Part shown: positions 29,284 to 40,972 of the stretch, piece by piece
Position numbering within the stretch: the first letter of the stretch is position 1
Layout: every line of letters begins with the position of its first letter
Assembly (NCBI GenBank): GCA_963828845.1
Contig: CAWHGE010000009.1
Location: 106,660 to 170,659 of the forward strand
Direction of reading: 5' to 3'
DNA: 64,000 nucleotides
From: an uncultured Chloroflexia bacterium
GTDB lineage: Bacteria; Chloroflexota; Anaerolineae; Anaerolineales; UBA4823
Program-made: the position numbers and the translations under genes
The notes under the pieces: model-generated
Told to the model about the DNA's origin: nothing
Database searches by the model: none
Seen by the model: only the letters and a program-made list of their open reading frames with translations

Positions 29284-30133
29284 TTATTTGGTTAGTGTTT
29301 CGTACATATACGAATATTTGCCTGGTGCAGACGTTCATATTTCTCTCCCGGAAAAACCGGGAACGCTGGATCGGCTGAAGTCTCCTCTGCGCTGTGCCCC
29401 AAGCGGATGTGCTTCTTAGTTAGCTCCCAGGTACTGCTGTAAATATTCCTGCAAGCGTAATGATATCGGCTTCACCACACCTCACTCCATGACCCGGGAT
29501 GATCACTTCAGCCTCGAATTCCAGCAGCTGGCTCAATGCCTCAATCCAGGCAGGGATATCTGCATCAAAGATATAGGGGTAGCGACCCTGAAAGATCAGG
29601 TCAGAGGCAAAAAGCACCCTTTTCTCGGGCAGCCACACAATGGATAAATCGGGGGTATGCCCACCCATATGGATGACCTCATAACTTCAATCCACCCAAT
29701 TCTCCATCGAACCGGTCTTCAAACACCTGATCGGGCAGTTTGATCTGCAAACCCTTCACCGTCCTGGCGAAAATCTTCAGCCTTTTTGGGATCTGTTTTT
29801 TCCAGATCAGAGATGTAAGATTGGAGCTCTTCCAGGCTCCAATCACTTTTGATGCTGGACTGCATCCGCTCCTGGCACAAGCGGTGTGCCAGTATGGGGC
29901 AGGTGAAAATCTGATTGCCCCAGGTGTGATCACTGTGGGAATGTGTGTTGACCACCAGATGCACCTCTTCCACGTGCGCACCCACAGCCGTCAAACAAAG
30001 CCTGGATTTCGCTCGGCGAGGAGGTGGTATCAATCAAGATCATCCCTTCGGGAGTGTGGATCAATCCAACATTGGCACCCTCATCAGGACGGATAAAAGC
30101 CGTAGCAAATGAGTCGATCCTGGCAATCTCCAT
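29284..30133 (-). CDS. MBL-fold metallo-hydrolase; frameshifted
   Basis: NTHSHSDHTWGN, GGHT, FASDL, IPGHG; GGAGG RBS before ATG 30133. Confidence 0.8.
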
Positions 30134-30143
30134 AAAACCTCCT

Positions 30144-30905
30144 TTACTTGAATATGTTATATCCTGCCCCTCGCCATAAGAGGCTGTCCAGCTGCACCGC
30201 CATGGCTCCTGCTGCCAGCATGGCATTTTTATGTTCCTGGGTATAGTTATGCCTCCTGCACCAATCGTCGGAATGCCGAGATGCGTCAGCTCATGCACTA
30301 CCCGTAATGCCAACGGCAGGATTGCCGGACCATACAACCTGCCATGCAACAATTCACCACCTTGGGTGGGGACTATCCCGCGTGGTGGTGCCAGGCTGAC
30401 CGCCACTGCCCCTGCCTGAATGGCTGCGGAGGCCAGCTCGATGGAACGTTCCATGGGCAGTCGCATGATCACCGGCAGCTCACCAGAGGCCGCCTGGGTG
30501 AGTGCAGTCACCATTTCGTCGCTGACATCACTGACCACACCCACTTCCAAACCACTGACACCTTCCACTGTTTCCAGCCGCCGTGCCATCTTCGCCACCT
30601 CTACCGTGCCCCGCGCCAGCAAATGCACGATCACTGGCAGAGGGGAGTGGCTCCACTGCCTGGCATACCGGCGCAATGACTAGTGACAAACCGGGGTTTG
30701 GATAACCAGTGTGAAGGAGAAAACCACCGGGATAGGCTTCAAAGCGACTTCCATGAGCAGGTGTACGTGGTGACAGGCTGATCGGATTGGTGATGAATGC
30801 TCCCAACATCCCCCAATCGATCGGTCCGTGGCGGTCGGGGAAGAATCCCAAGACACCTGCCGCGTTCATGATGGGTGGCTCGAAGGTCAGATCATGCTTC
30901 GCCAT
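30144..30905 (-). CDS. Degenerate dihydroorotate dehydrogenase (PyrD 1B)-like TIM-barrel protein; frameshifted
   Basis: PIMNAAGVLGF, GAFITNPIS, HTGYPNPG, GRLYGPA, IPTIGAGGI; the catalytic NxSCPN motif is absent. Confidence 0.7.
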
Positions 30906-30969
30906 GCTCAATCCCACCACTTTCAATCAGGCAGTGAACTATCCACAATAATTTCAGCTCCCACATTCC

Positions 30970-31661
30970 TCACCATTTAAGACTATTTAGATCAAACACC
31001 GGTCCATCTTCACAAACCAGTTTCCAACCCCTCCTGGCAGGTACGGCACAGGCCCCACACTGTGCCATCCCTGCACACGGAATGGGGGTGGTGACCAGCA
31101 CCTGCGCCGGGCAGGGCATCCCGGTTCCATTTGAGAGACCGAGTAGTTCCCTTAACTCAGTCATACGTGTCAATGGAACATCTAGCGCTATAAAATCCGG
31201 CCAATCCAGAGCCTCCTTCAGAGAGGCGAGCGGGTAAACTTCTAAGGCTACCGGGAGCAATGGAAGGGTCAGGTCGGTGAACAAGGTCATACCACCCAGC
31301 GATTGTGCTGTCATGTGTATTAGCGGCAGCAAGCCGTGAGACCGTCTCACCCAACGCGACCAAACCCAGACGTTGAATGTTATGTGGAAAGTCAAACCCA
31401 TGCCCAAGCGGTCCCACCAGGTCCAGGTTTGTCCCTGGCGTCCAGGCAACTGGATATAATGGAGCTGCCCAAAAACCATGTTTTGATTTTTCTACCGCAA
31501 ATAAAGGGACTCCCAGAGCACGCCTCCGGGTCATCCACATCCGAAGCCAGCAGATACTGCCCTGCGGCTGGAATTGCACCAGCCGGGCAGGCGATGCGTA
31601 GCTCCATGTGCCTGCCCGTTTCAAGGCGGATTTCATTCACCCTACCCCAGGATTGCCCCAT
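30970..31661 (-). CDS. PyrK-like electron-transfer subunit with a C-terminal [2Fe-2S] motif; frameshifted
   Basis: AGQYLL, LVGPLGHGF, CAGMAQCGACAV...LVCEDGPVF. Confidence 0.75.
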
Positions 31662-31843
31662 GTCTGCATAGTATCACATTTTGTTGTTCTCATGATGAAA
31701 CCCAGATAATCATAGGTGAGCTGGGTCTACCTGGGATTAAAATCAGCATGAATATGCTGGCGAATGCCGGCACACAAGCAACCGTAGAAATACGGTTATA
31801 ATCTATCAGGAATATGAAAGGTACCTACCTGGGAGGCTCTCAT

Positions 31844-32902
31844 ATGAATGTTGCTAGCTTTATTCAAATCTTTGCCGCAGTTGCCTGGTTGGCGTTCTTT
31901 GGTTTGATCGTTATTGTTGTATTGCGTACCTCACGCGGCAAAAAAACCAGAGGCGCGGTGACTATCCTGCTGGTAGTCCTGGCGGCTGCTCTGGTCTTAT
32001 CCAGTGTCAGTGCCGGCATGGTGTTCATTAAGCCGGAAGAGCGTGGGGTGGTCATTTCAGCGGTCCAACCCACTGGCTACCGCCTTCAGCCCCTGCAACC
32101 GGGGCTCCGTTGGATCATTCCCTTTCTTTGAGAGCGTGATCATCTATCCCATCTCACGCCAGACCTATACTATGTCCATTGCTCCCAATGAAGGAGCTAT
32201 CCAGGGGGATGATTCGATCACCGCCCGAACCTCCGATGGGCAGGAGATCTTCGTGGATGCCTCCGTGATTTATGCCATTGACCCCGAAAAGGTGGTGCAG
32301 GTGCATATCGACTGGCAGAACCGCTATGATAATGAGCTGGTGCGCCCACTGGCGCGTGGGGTGATTCGTGATGTGGTCTCTCAATACAAAGTTGAAGAAG
32401 TGGTCACCACCCAGCGGGTTGAAATGATCTCCCAAATATCCACAGATATGAACCAAAAGCTAGAGGACAATGGCTTGTCCTTGGTTGAATTTCATCCTGC
32501 GCAACATCACCTTCTCGCCTGAATACGCCGCCTCGGTGGAGCAGAAGCAGGTGGCTGAACAGCTGGCACAACAGGCCGCCTTTGTGGTCGAGCAGCGTAG
32601 GCAGGAAGCTGAACAAGCCCGCCAGGTTGCCCAGGGTCAGGCAGACGCGGTAGTGATCAACGCCCAGGGTGCTGCCGATGCGCGTATCATCCAGGCTCAG
32701 GCTGAAGCCCAGGCGCTGCAGCTGATTGCGGATGCCCTGAAAAACAACGATAAGCTGCTGCTCTACCAATACATCAATCAGCTCGCTCCGGGCATCCAGG
32801 TGATGCTTGTCCCGAATGACAATCCTTATCTACTGACGCTTCCTACCCTGACCTGCGACAACTACGCCTGTTCCAACCCCATTGCCGACCACAGCACCGT
32901 AG
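31844..32902 (+). CDS. SPFH/prohibitin family membrane protein; frameshifted
   Basis: Two N-terminal TMs, ERGVVIS, PGLRWIIPF, ITARTSDGQEI, LRNITFSPEYAASVEQKQVAEQ. Confidence 0.88.
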
Positions 32903-32934
32903 AGTATTCAATAGAAATATCGACTTTACCAAAT

Positions 32935-34011
32935 ATGATGAGCCAACCCGAAAGTTCCCCCTCCGGACGACAAATCCGCCTGACGACCCTCTCAAGCTGT
33001 GCAGGCTGAGCGTCCAAGCTGAATGCGGAAACGCTGGCGCAGGTACTGCGCCCCTTGCAGGGAATTTTTAACCCCGCAGATTACCCCAACCTGCTCGTCG
33101 GGTCTGGGAGAACCGGATGACGCGGCCGTCTGGAAGTTGGACGACGACCGCGCCCTGGTTGTGACAACCGATTTCTTCACCCCGGTGGTGGATGATGCTT
33201 ATGATTTCGGTGCCATCGCGGCTGCCAATGCCCTCTCCGATGTGTATGCCATGGGCGGTCAAGCCGTTCCTGGCGCTCAATATCGCCGCCCTGCCTCCCG
33301 ATTTGCCCACCGAGGTGATCAGCAATATCCTGCGCGGTGGAGCCGATATAGCCCGCCAGGCTGGGGTGGTCATCGCTGGTGGCCACACCGTCCAGGATAA
33401 AGAACCCAAGTATGGGTTGGTCGTTTTGGGTTTTGTCGACCCACAGCATATGCTCACCAAAAAGGGACTGCAACCGGGAGATATCCTGGTGCTCACCAAG
33501 CCGCTTGGGTTTGGTACCACTACTACCGCCCTTAAACGCGAACAGGCGAAACCAGCCGACGTCGCCGAGGCAGTGAAGTGGATGAAAAAGCTGAACAAAG
33601 GTGCTGCTGAGCTGGCGCAGGAATTTGACCTGCACAGCGGTACCGACGTCACTGGCTTCAGCCTGCTTGGGCATGCCTATGAGATGGCCGAAGCTTCGGG
33701 TGTCGGCATCCGCTTTAGCTACAGCAAAATCCCCTTCATATCAGGTGCGCGCAACCTACGCTGAACAGTTCATTTTCCCGGGTGGTTCTTACGATAACCG
33801 TCTCTATTTCGGCTCCAATGTGCACTTTGACCCTGCGCTCGACGAGCCATCCCAGCTGCTTCTCTTTGACTCACAGACCAGTGGAGGCTTGCTCCTCGCC
33901 GTGCCTCCCGATAAGTTAGGCCAGCTCCTTTCACGTGCAGCACAAAAGGATCAATCCGTGTGGGTGATTGGGGAGGTCATCCAGGGGAAAGGAATAGAAG
34001 TCACTCGGTAA
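32935..34011 (+). CDS. selD: Selenide, water dikinase (selenophosphate synthetase), Sec-containing (UGA 33007-33009); frameshifted downstream
   Basis: [84 protein letters not shown]. Confidence 0.93.
33036..33052 (+). promoter_or_regulatory. Putative bacterial SECIS hairpin
   Basis: GGCGCAG-GTA-CTGCGCC perfect 7-bp stem with a G-starting loop about 33 nt after the in-frame UGA. Confidence 0.65.
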
Positions 34012-34030
34012 GTAAAATTACAGTCGATAT

Positions 34031-34073
34031 GCACACAGAGCCAAAGGGCTTCCAGGCTTCTGTGTGCTTTTTA
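34031..34073 (+). terminator. Intrinsic terminator after selD
   Basis: gcacacagagcc...ggcttctgtgtgc followed by a T-tract. Confidence 0.6.
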
Positions 34074-34089
34074 TTCAAAAGGGTGCCAT

Positions 34090-35743
34090 ATGCCTACAAG
34101 CTACTGAATTAAAATTTACCTCCCGCCGCTCACCCGTCTATGGTCTTGGGTGGCATGGTAGCCACTTCTCAACCCCTGGCGGTTGCGGCTGGATTGGAAA
34201 TACTTTCTCAAGGGGGTAATGCTGCAGATGCAGCGGTAGCCACCGCGGCTGCCTTGAACGTCACCGAGCCCACTTCCACGGGTCTGGGTGGTGATTGTTT
34301 CGCACTATATTACGAAGCATCCAGCGGGCAAATTACTGCACTCAATGGCTCAGGTCGTGCCCCAGCCAGCCTGACAATCGAACGCTTACGAAAAGAAGGG
34401 CTGAGTGATAATCTACCACCCCTTCACCCATACACCATTACCGTTCCTGGGGCATGTGCCGGCTGGTGCGACCTGCTGGCTCATCATGGGCGGTTGTCAC
34501 TGACTAAGGTTCTGGCACCTGCCATTCGCCTGGCAGAGCAAGGTTTCCCAGTCGCCCCAATCACCGCTTATTTTTGGGAGCGCAGTACCGAACGGCTGAG
34601 AAATGCTCCGGGTGGAACGGAGCTGACGATCGAAGGGCGCACCCCCGCGTGCAGGTGAAATCTTCCATAACCCAGGTCTGGCACGCACCCTGCGCACGAT
34701 CGTCAGAGGGTGGAAAGACCGCTTTCTACCAGGGGGAGATTGCCGAAGCCATAGCCTCGGTAGTCTAACAAGCTGGTGGCTGCCTGACCGTGGACGATCT
34801 GGCTGCCCACACCAGCACCTGGGAACAGCCCATCAGCACAACTTATCGCAACCTGCGGGTGTGGGAGTGCCCACCCAATGGACAAGGTCTGGCTGCACTT
34901 TTGGCCCTGAACCTGTTGGAGGGTTTCGATATTGCTTCCATACCTCCCCTCTCGGCCCAACGCCTGCACTTGATGATCGAAGCCATGCGCCTGGCTTTTG
35001 CTGATACGCGCTGGTACGTAGCAGACCCGGCTTTCTACCCTGCCCCCTTGGAATGGCTGCTATCCAAGGATTATGCTGATGAACGGCGCAAGCTGATCCA
35101 TCCGCATCATGCCACCCTCGACCAGTTGCGTGGCACCCCCACTTCATCCTCCGACACCGTTTATCTCAGTGTGGTGGATGCTGAGGGTAATGCGTGTTCC
35201 TTCATCAATAGTAATTACATGGGCTTCGGCACGGGCATTGTCCCCTCTGGATGGGGTTTTACATTACAGAATCGTGGGATGGGTTTCTCCCTGGATCCCT
35301 CCCACCCCAATTCCCTGGCACCCGGCAAACGCCCGTACCATACCATTATTCCTGGGATGATCACGGTGGACTCCAGTGAGCCATCCCGTCTCCGCAACAC
35401 CCTGTATGCCAGCTTTGGCGTGATGGGCGGCTTTATGCAGCCGCAGGGGCATATGCAGGTGGTGCTGGGTTTAGCTGACGACGGGTTGGACCCTCAAGCT
35501 GCCCTGGACCGGCCTCGCTTCTGTATCGATGACGGTACTGCAGGAGGTCAGGTAGCCTTGGAAGAGGGCATCTCACCGGAAGTTCAGTCTGAGCTGGGCA
35601 AGATGGGACATGTGCTGTATTCAGTTAGTGGATACGCGCGCTCAACATTCGGTCGTGGTCAAATCATCCGTCGAGACGCTTCAACGGGAGTTCTATGCGG
35701 TGGCAGCGACCCGCGTGCTGATGGCTGCGCTATGAGCTTATAG
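34090..35743 (+). CDS. ggt: Gamma-glutamyltransferase family protein; frameshifts plus an in-frame TAA at 34766
   Basis: GGNAADAAVA, EPTSTGLGGD, TVPGA, PPNGQG, catalytic DTVYLSVVD, LQNRG, GKRPYHTIIP, GVMGGFMQPQG, SDPRADG. Confidence 0.88.
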
Positions 35744-35750
35744 GCCTATA

Positions 35751-36621
35751 CTAGATTACTTTCCCCTTACCTCCGGCTGGGCTTTGCTCCCTTTCACGCG
35801 GTCGGGTTGGATAAGGCATGGGGATATATAGCACGCTTGGTCTGCCCCGACCCGATTGAGGGAACAAGTTCATCAGCTGGTATACCTCTTGGGGGACATC
35901 AGTATTCACCTGCAAGCCCATTTCTTTTGCATCCCCCACCCCGATGGGATAATCATGCGTCCAGATACCACTGGAGAGCATATCTGCCAGGGTCTCAGCT
36001 TTCTCGCGTGGCATTTGCCCGTGGCTGAGGATATTGATGATCAGGTTGCGGATTTGCCCGACTGCCTTACGGGCTACATCGGCCATGATCAAGGTCTCGT
36101 CATCCACCTCATTGGCTTGTTTTTGTTCCACCGCCTTCAAGATGGAATTGGCAGGCCATTGACCAAGCTGGGGGTCAACCGGTCCTAAGCACCGCATTTT
36201 CATCCATCACGATTTCATCTGCGGCCAATGCCAGCAGCGTCCCGCCCGACATGGCGTAATGGGGAACGAACACGGTCACTTTACCCGGGTGGCGGCACAA
36301 CGCCATGGCGATTTGTTCCGTGGCGAGCACCAACCCTCCGGGGGTGTGCAAGATCAAGTCGATTGGCACATTTGGATCTGTCAGCTTGATTGCCCTCAGC
36401 ACCTCTTCGGAATCGTGGATGTCAATGTAGCGCGCCAGAGGAAATCCGAGCAATGCCAGGGTCTCCTCGCGGTGGATCATGGCAATCACCCGTGTTCCTC
36501 GCTTGGCCTCTAAGGCTTTCAGCAAGCGCACCCTGGCAGCCTCAATCATTTTTTGCCGCACAAGGGGTTGAAGCATAACCAGGATGAAAAATATGATGAA
36601 CAAATCTAATATGGTCGACAT
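35751..36621 (-). CDS. SDH/DUF114-family Clp-fold serine protease; frameshifted
   Basis: LILHTPGG, VPHYAMSGGTLLALAADEIVM, LGPVDPQ, WTHDYPI. Confidence 0.85.
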
Positions 36622-36726
36622 TGCCCAGCTCCTATGGAACCAAATGGGGTGTACACCCAATATAATCTACACGACCTGCATCCTTGCCACGCTATCCCGA
36701 CCAGGGTTTCACTACCAGGGTATCCC

Positions 36727-37470
36727 TTACCAAGGATAATATTCATCGGGATAAGCCTTGGGGGGATTCCTCGACCTACCTGCGAATAACCACACCAGCA
36801 GCAAGCCACATATGAAACCTCCCACATGCGCCCAATACGCCACGCCTCCAGAGGCTGCTCCACCCAATGCAAGCACCCCACTAAAGAACTGTAATAGAAA
36901 CCAGATGGCGATAAATACCAGGGCGGGAATATTGACGAACCAGGGTAGGATGAACAATGGGATAAAGGTCACCACCCTGGCGCTCGGGAAAAATATCATG
37001 TATGCTGCCAAAACCCCGGCTATGGCACCACTGGCTCCAATGGCAGGCACCTGAGAAGTTGGAGCCACAAACGCCTGGGTTAGACCACTCACCACACCAC
37101 AAACCAGGTAAAAGAGCAGGTAACGGATGGAACCCATGCGATCTTCAACGTTATCGCCGAAGATGATCAAGACCCACATATTCCCGATGATGTGCACCCA
37201 GCCCCCATGCAGGAACATGGAGGTGATGAGAGGAATGGCACATCCCTGGAACAGGACGCCCAACCCAGGGATGGATGCCAGAGATATTCCCTTCAGGATG
37301 GGTGCGGCACATAAGTCGGGGGTGACGCCATAGGTCCCGATCAGCCGGTTTAATTGTGACTGCCCTAGAGGCAGCTCAATCAGCACAAACACCAGCACAT
37401 TGGCGATGACCAACAGCCAGGTGACCAGTGGAAACGAGCGTGAGCGGATGGTATCTTTGATTGGGATCAT
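36727..37470 (-). CDS. Rhomboid intramembrane serine protease
   Basis: TSMFLHGGWVHIIGNM, GASGAIAG, VAYWAHVGGF. Confidence 0.92.
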   Translation of the reverse strand: MIPIKDTIRSRSFPLVTWLLVIANVLVFVLIELPLGQSQLNRLIGTYGVTPDLCAAPILKGISLASIPGLGVLFQGCAIPLITSMFLHGGWVHIIGNMWVLIIFGDNVEDRMGSIRYLLFYLVCGVVSGLTQAFVAPTSQVPAIGASGAIAGVLAAYMIFFPSARVVTFIPLFILPWFVNIPALVFIAIWFLLQFFSGVLALGGAASGGVAYWAHVGGFICGLLLVWLFAGRSRNPPKAYPDEYYPW

Positions 37471-37523
37471 ATCTTATAGGGATTGCTGCAATTGCTTCTA
37501 CCACGTTATCGCCCAAAACCCGG

Positions 37524-37973
37524 TTAAGGCGTCTCGGGAGGCACACTTCCTGGAACACCCTCCGCCATCTGCCCAACACCAATCTCCACCTTATCTTCCA
37601 TGGTGATCTGACCGCGCAGGAACGCCCCCTCCTCGGTGGAAAACGAAACTGTGACTACATTCCCCCACACCTTTCCAGTGGAGCGGATTTCCAGTCGTTC
37701 TGCGGTGATATCCCCCTTGACCGCACCGGCAACAATCACCGTGTTGGCACGCAAGCTTTGGCAGGTCACCCGACCCGTTTCACCTACCACGAGTAAGCCT
37801 CGCATGGCAATATCTCCCTCGAATGTGCCTTCAATCCGCACCCCTCCGCTCCCACCCAGGTTGCCCGTCCAATTGATGCCTGCACTCAACACTGAGGTAA
37901 TCCGGTCTAATGCAGTTGCGGAAGGGGTGGGCGCAGGTACGGTAGGGTTTGGGTCAGCTTTCTTGCGGAACAT
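37524..37973 (-). CDS. Bactofilin (polymer-forming cytoskeletal protein)
   Basis: VRIEGTFEGDI...VVGETGRV...VIVAGAVKGDITAERLEIRSTGKVWGNV...EEGAFLRGQI. Confidence 0.88.
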   Translation of the reverse strand: MFRKKADPNPTVPAPTPSATALDRITSVLSAGINWTGNLGGSGGVRIEGTFEGDIAMRGLLVVGETGRVTCQSLRANTVIVAGAVKGDITAERLEIRSTGKVWGNVVTVSFSTEEGAFLRGQITMEDKVEIGVGQMAEGVPGSVPPETP

Positions 37974-38197
37974 TAATCCTCCTGACACGCATCACTCCTA
38001 GTGAGCGCCTCGGGTGTTTAGACAATATTGTACCCCGAATCAACCCTGAACACCTTGCCAGCCTAACCCTTGCCTTTAACCACACCCATTGTTTGAAACC
38101 ACAGTGAAAGGTATCCGGCAGGTGTATCTTTCCCGGCACCTGTACAATCGTTGCGCTTTCTGGTGAATCCTGCTACACCTTTTTTTCTCTCCACCCG

Positions 38198-39923
38198 TTA
38201 TGCAATGGTGAATATCGAGCTGCGCATGGGGAGAGGAGCCTCCCCGGCAAGCAGAATCGCCTGCCTGGCGCTTTGCACCTGGGGGAGATGTTCATCGATA
38301 TACATCCGTGCCAGCTCTCGTTTCCGCTCAGACATGCGCCCATCTTGCAGCATCAGCCACGAGTTGACCAGGTATACCGCCATATCCGCCAGGTCGGAGG
38401 CATAATAATCGATCACCTCGCGCTCCTTCTCTTTCAATAAGTCCGTCGTCTCTTTGAACTGCACTGTCTCTTCGTGCAGCCGGCCTTTGAGGTCTGAAAG
38501 CGCATCCCCATAGTCTAACCCAGCCCATTCATCGAAGAGCACGTCCAGCGCGTGCCCGAGCAGTTTGCCGGTGGCTGCCACGATCTGGAGCTGACTGGTG
38601 CCTTCATAGATATTGGTCACGCGCACGTCGCGGTAATGGCGTTCCACGTTGAACTCGCGCATATAGCCCACCCCACCGTGAATTTGCAATGCCTGGTAAC
38701 AAACACGGTTGCCCATCTCAGAGGCGTAATATTTCGTCAGGGGCGTCAGGGTTTCTGCCAGGCTGGAAGCCTGCTTCAGTTTTTGGCGCTAGGGCAGGGT
38801 CTGGGGTAGCGTTTTCTTCAGAGAGCTGTTCATATACCTTCACTCGGTCCACCCATCTCCCCGTTTCGCTGATCAGTGCACGCGTCGCCTCGATCTCACC
38901 CCGCATGGAGGCGAGCATACGTGCGACGGGCGGCAGGTCGCAGATGGGTTGGTTGAACTGGTGGCGTTCTGTGGCATATGTGTAGGCTTCACGATACGCT
39001 GCTTCAGCAATCCCTACCGCCTGTGCTCCCACTGCCAGCCTGGCGCCGTTCATCAGCGCCATGGCATAGCGCATCAAACCATAGCGCCGCTTGCCAAGCA
39101 GCTCGGCTGGCGTATGGCTATACTGCACTTCGCAGGTAGGGGAAGCATGGATACCCAGCTTGTTTTCGATGCGCCGGATGCGCACCGTTTCATCCCGCTC
39201 GACGACAAAAAGTGATAGCCCGCGCGCATCGCTGGAGCCAGGCTCACTGCGCGCCAGCACCAACTGAGATATCCGCACAGCCGTTGGTGGCGAAACGCTT
39301 GACACCATCGATATACCATTTTCCGTTCGTCTCATCATAGGTCGCTTTTGTCTGTACCGCACCCAGGTCGGAGCCGGCATCCGGCTCGGTCAGGATCATC
39401 GCCCCCGAAGCCCCGTCCTGGCTGAAGCGGGGCAGCAGGCGCTTCTTCATCTCAGGCGTGCCGTATTCGTTGATGGCGGCAGAGATCTCCTGCAGCCCAA
39501 AGACCGTCATCAGGCCTGCATCTGCCCGTGAGACAATTTCCACCATCATCTGAAAGATCGACTCGGGTAGATTTCAAGCCCCCATATTCCCAGGGCAGCA
39601 TTGCACCCATCAGGTCAGCCTGCTTGAGCGCAAGCAGCCCTTCCTGGGTGGCAGCTGTGTAGGTCACCTGACCATCCTCAAAATGTGCTCCTTCCAGGTC
39701 AGCTTCAGCTGCTCGTGGGGCGATCACCCTGGCGCATATCTCACCCAGCACCTCCAGCAGCAGGCGGTAGTTATCCTTGGCATCGGCATAATGGCGTGGT
39801 GCAGCCGGGTATTCTTGTATGGTACTGGTAACCCTTCTCTTTGATCTCCAGCACGTCCTGCAGCTCAAGCTGTTCCAGGCGGAATTGCAGGTCTAGATTA
39901 TCCAGGAAAAAGTTATCGCTCAT
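38198..39923 (-). CDS. Acyl-CoA dehydrogenase; frameshifted
   Basis: [61 protein letters not shown]. Confidence 0.9.
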
Positions 39924-39936
39924 TGGATCTCCATGT

Positions 39937-40962
39937 TTATTTGGCTTTTTCACGCAAGGATTTGATCAGCAGCGGCAACACCTCCGCCACATCGCCGACG
40001 ATTTTGTAATGTGCAATCTGAAAGATGGGTGCATTGGGGTCGGTGTTGATGGCGATGATCTTGCTGGATTGGTCCATCCCCGCCCGGTGTTGGATCGCAC
40101 CGGAGATACCAGCTGCGATGTACAGGCGTGGTCTCACCGTGCTGCCGGTCTGACCAATCTGGTGCTCGCGGGAGATGAAACCAGCATCCACCGCGGCGCG
40201 TGATGCACCCACTTCTCCGCCCAACACATTCGCCAGCTCTCGCACCAGCTCAAATTCTTCCGGGCTATCCACCCCTGCCCCTGCCGCCACGATCACCGGC
40301 GCATCTTTTAGCCTCACCGTCGGCTCACGTTTCTCCCGGCTTAATACCTGCAAGGCAAAATCTCCAGGCTCGAAAGCAACTTTCACTTTTTCGATCCTGC
40401 CCTTCCGTCGGGGGTCTGGCTCACCCCGGCGCATCACTCCTTCGCGCACGGTTGCCATCTGCGGTCGTGTTCTGCGGGTTGACGATCGTGGCAATGATGT
40501 TGCCCCCAAAAGCAGGGCGTATCTGGTAAAGCAGGTCTTTGTAGGTTGTATTTTCCTTCTTGGAAGTGTAATCCCCAATCTGCAGGTCGGTGCAGTCAGC
40601 GGTCAACCCAACCTTCAGGGCACTGGCAATGCGGGGTGCCAGGTCGCGCCCCACCGGTGTGGCTCCAATCAGGAAGATATACGGTTTCCATTGGCGCACC
40701 AGGTTGGTGATCACCCGGCAGTAGGGCAGCGTGCGGTACATTTCCAGCTCAGGGTCGATCAGCTAGTAACACCTGGTCTGCCCCATGCTGAATGACCTGT
40801 TCTGCCAGATCACCAACCTGGTCACCGCATAATACTGCCCACACTTCACTGCCCAGCTGATTGGCAATCTCACCACCCTTTGCCAGCAGCTCCAGGCTGA
40901 CTTCAGCAATCTGCTGATCTTCTTGCTCAATAAAAATCCAAACGTTACGCTCAGCGAGTCAT
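39937..40962 (-). CDS. etfA: Electron transfer flavoprotein alpha subunit; frameshifted
   Basis: GRDLAPRIA, GLTADCT, RPAFGGN, GASRAAVDAG, QIGQTG, GISGAIQH. Confidence 0.9.
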
Positions 40963-40972
40963 TTTTATACCT

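Noticed and set aside
32470-33009. Apparent SPFH-SelD fusion ORF
   Set aside because: An indel near 32850 shifts the SPFH tail. SPFH probably ends at TAG 32900-32902 and selD starts at 32935.
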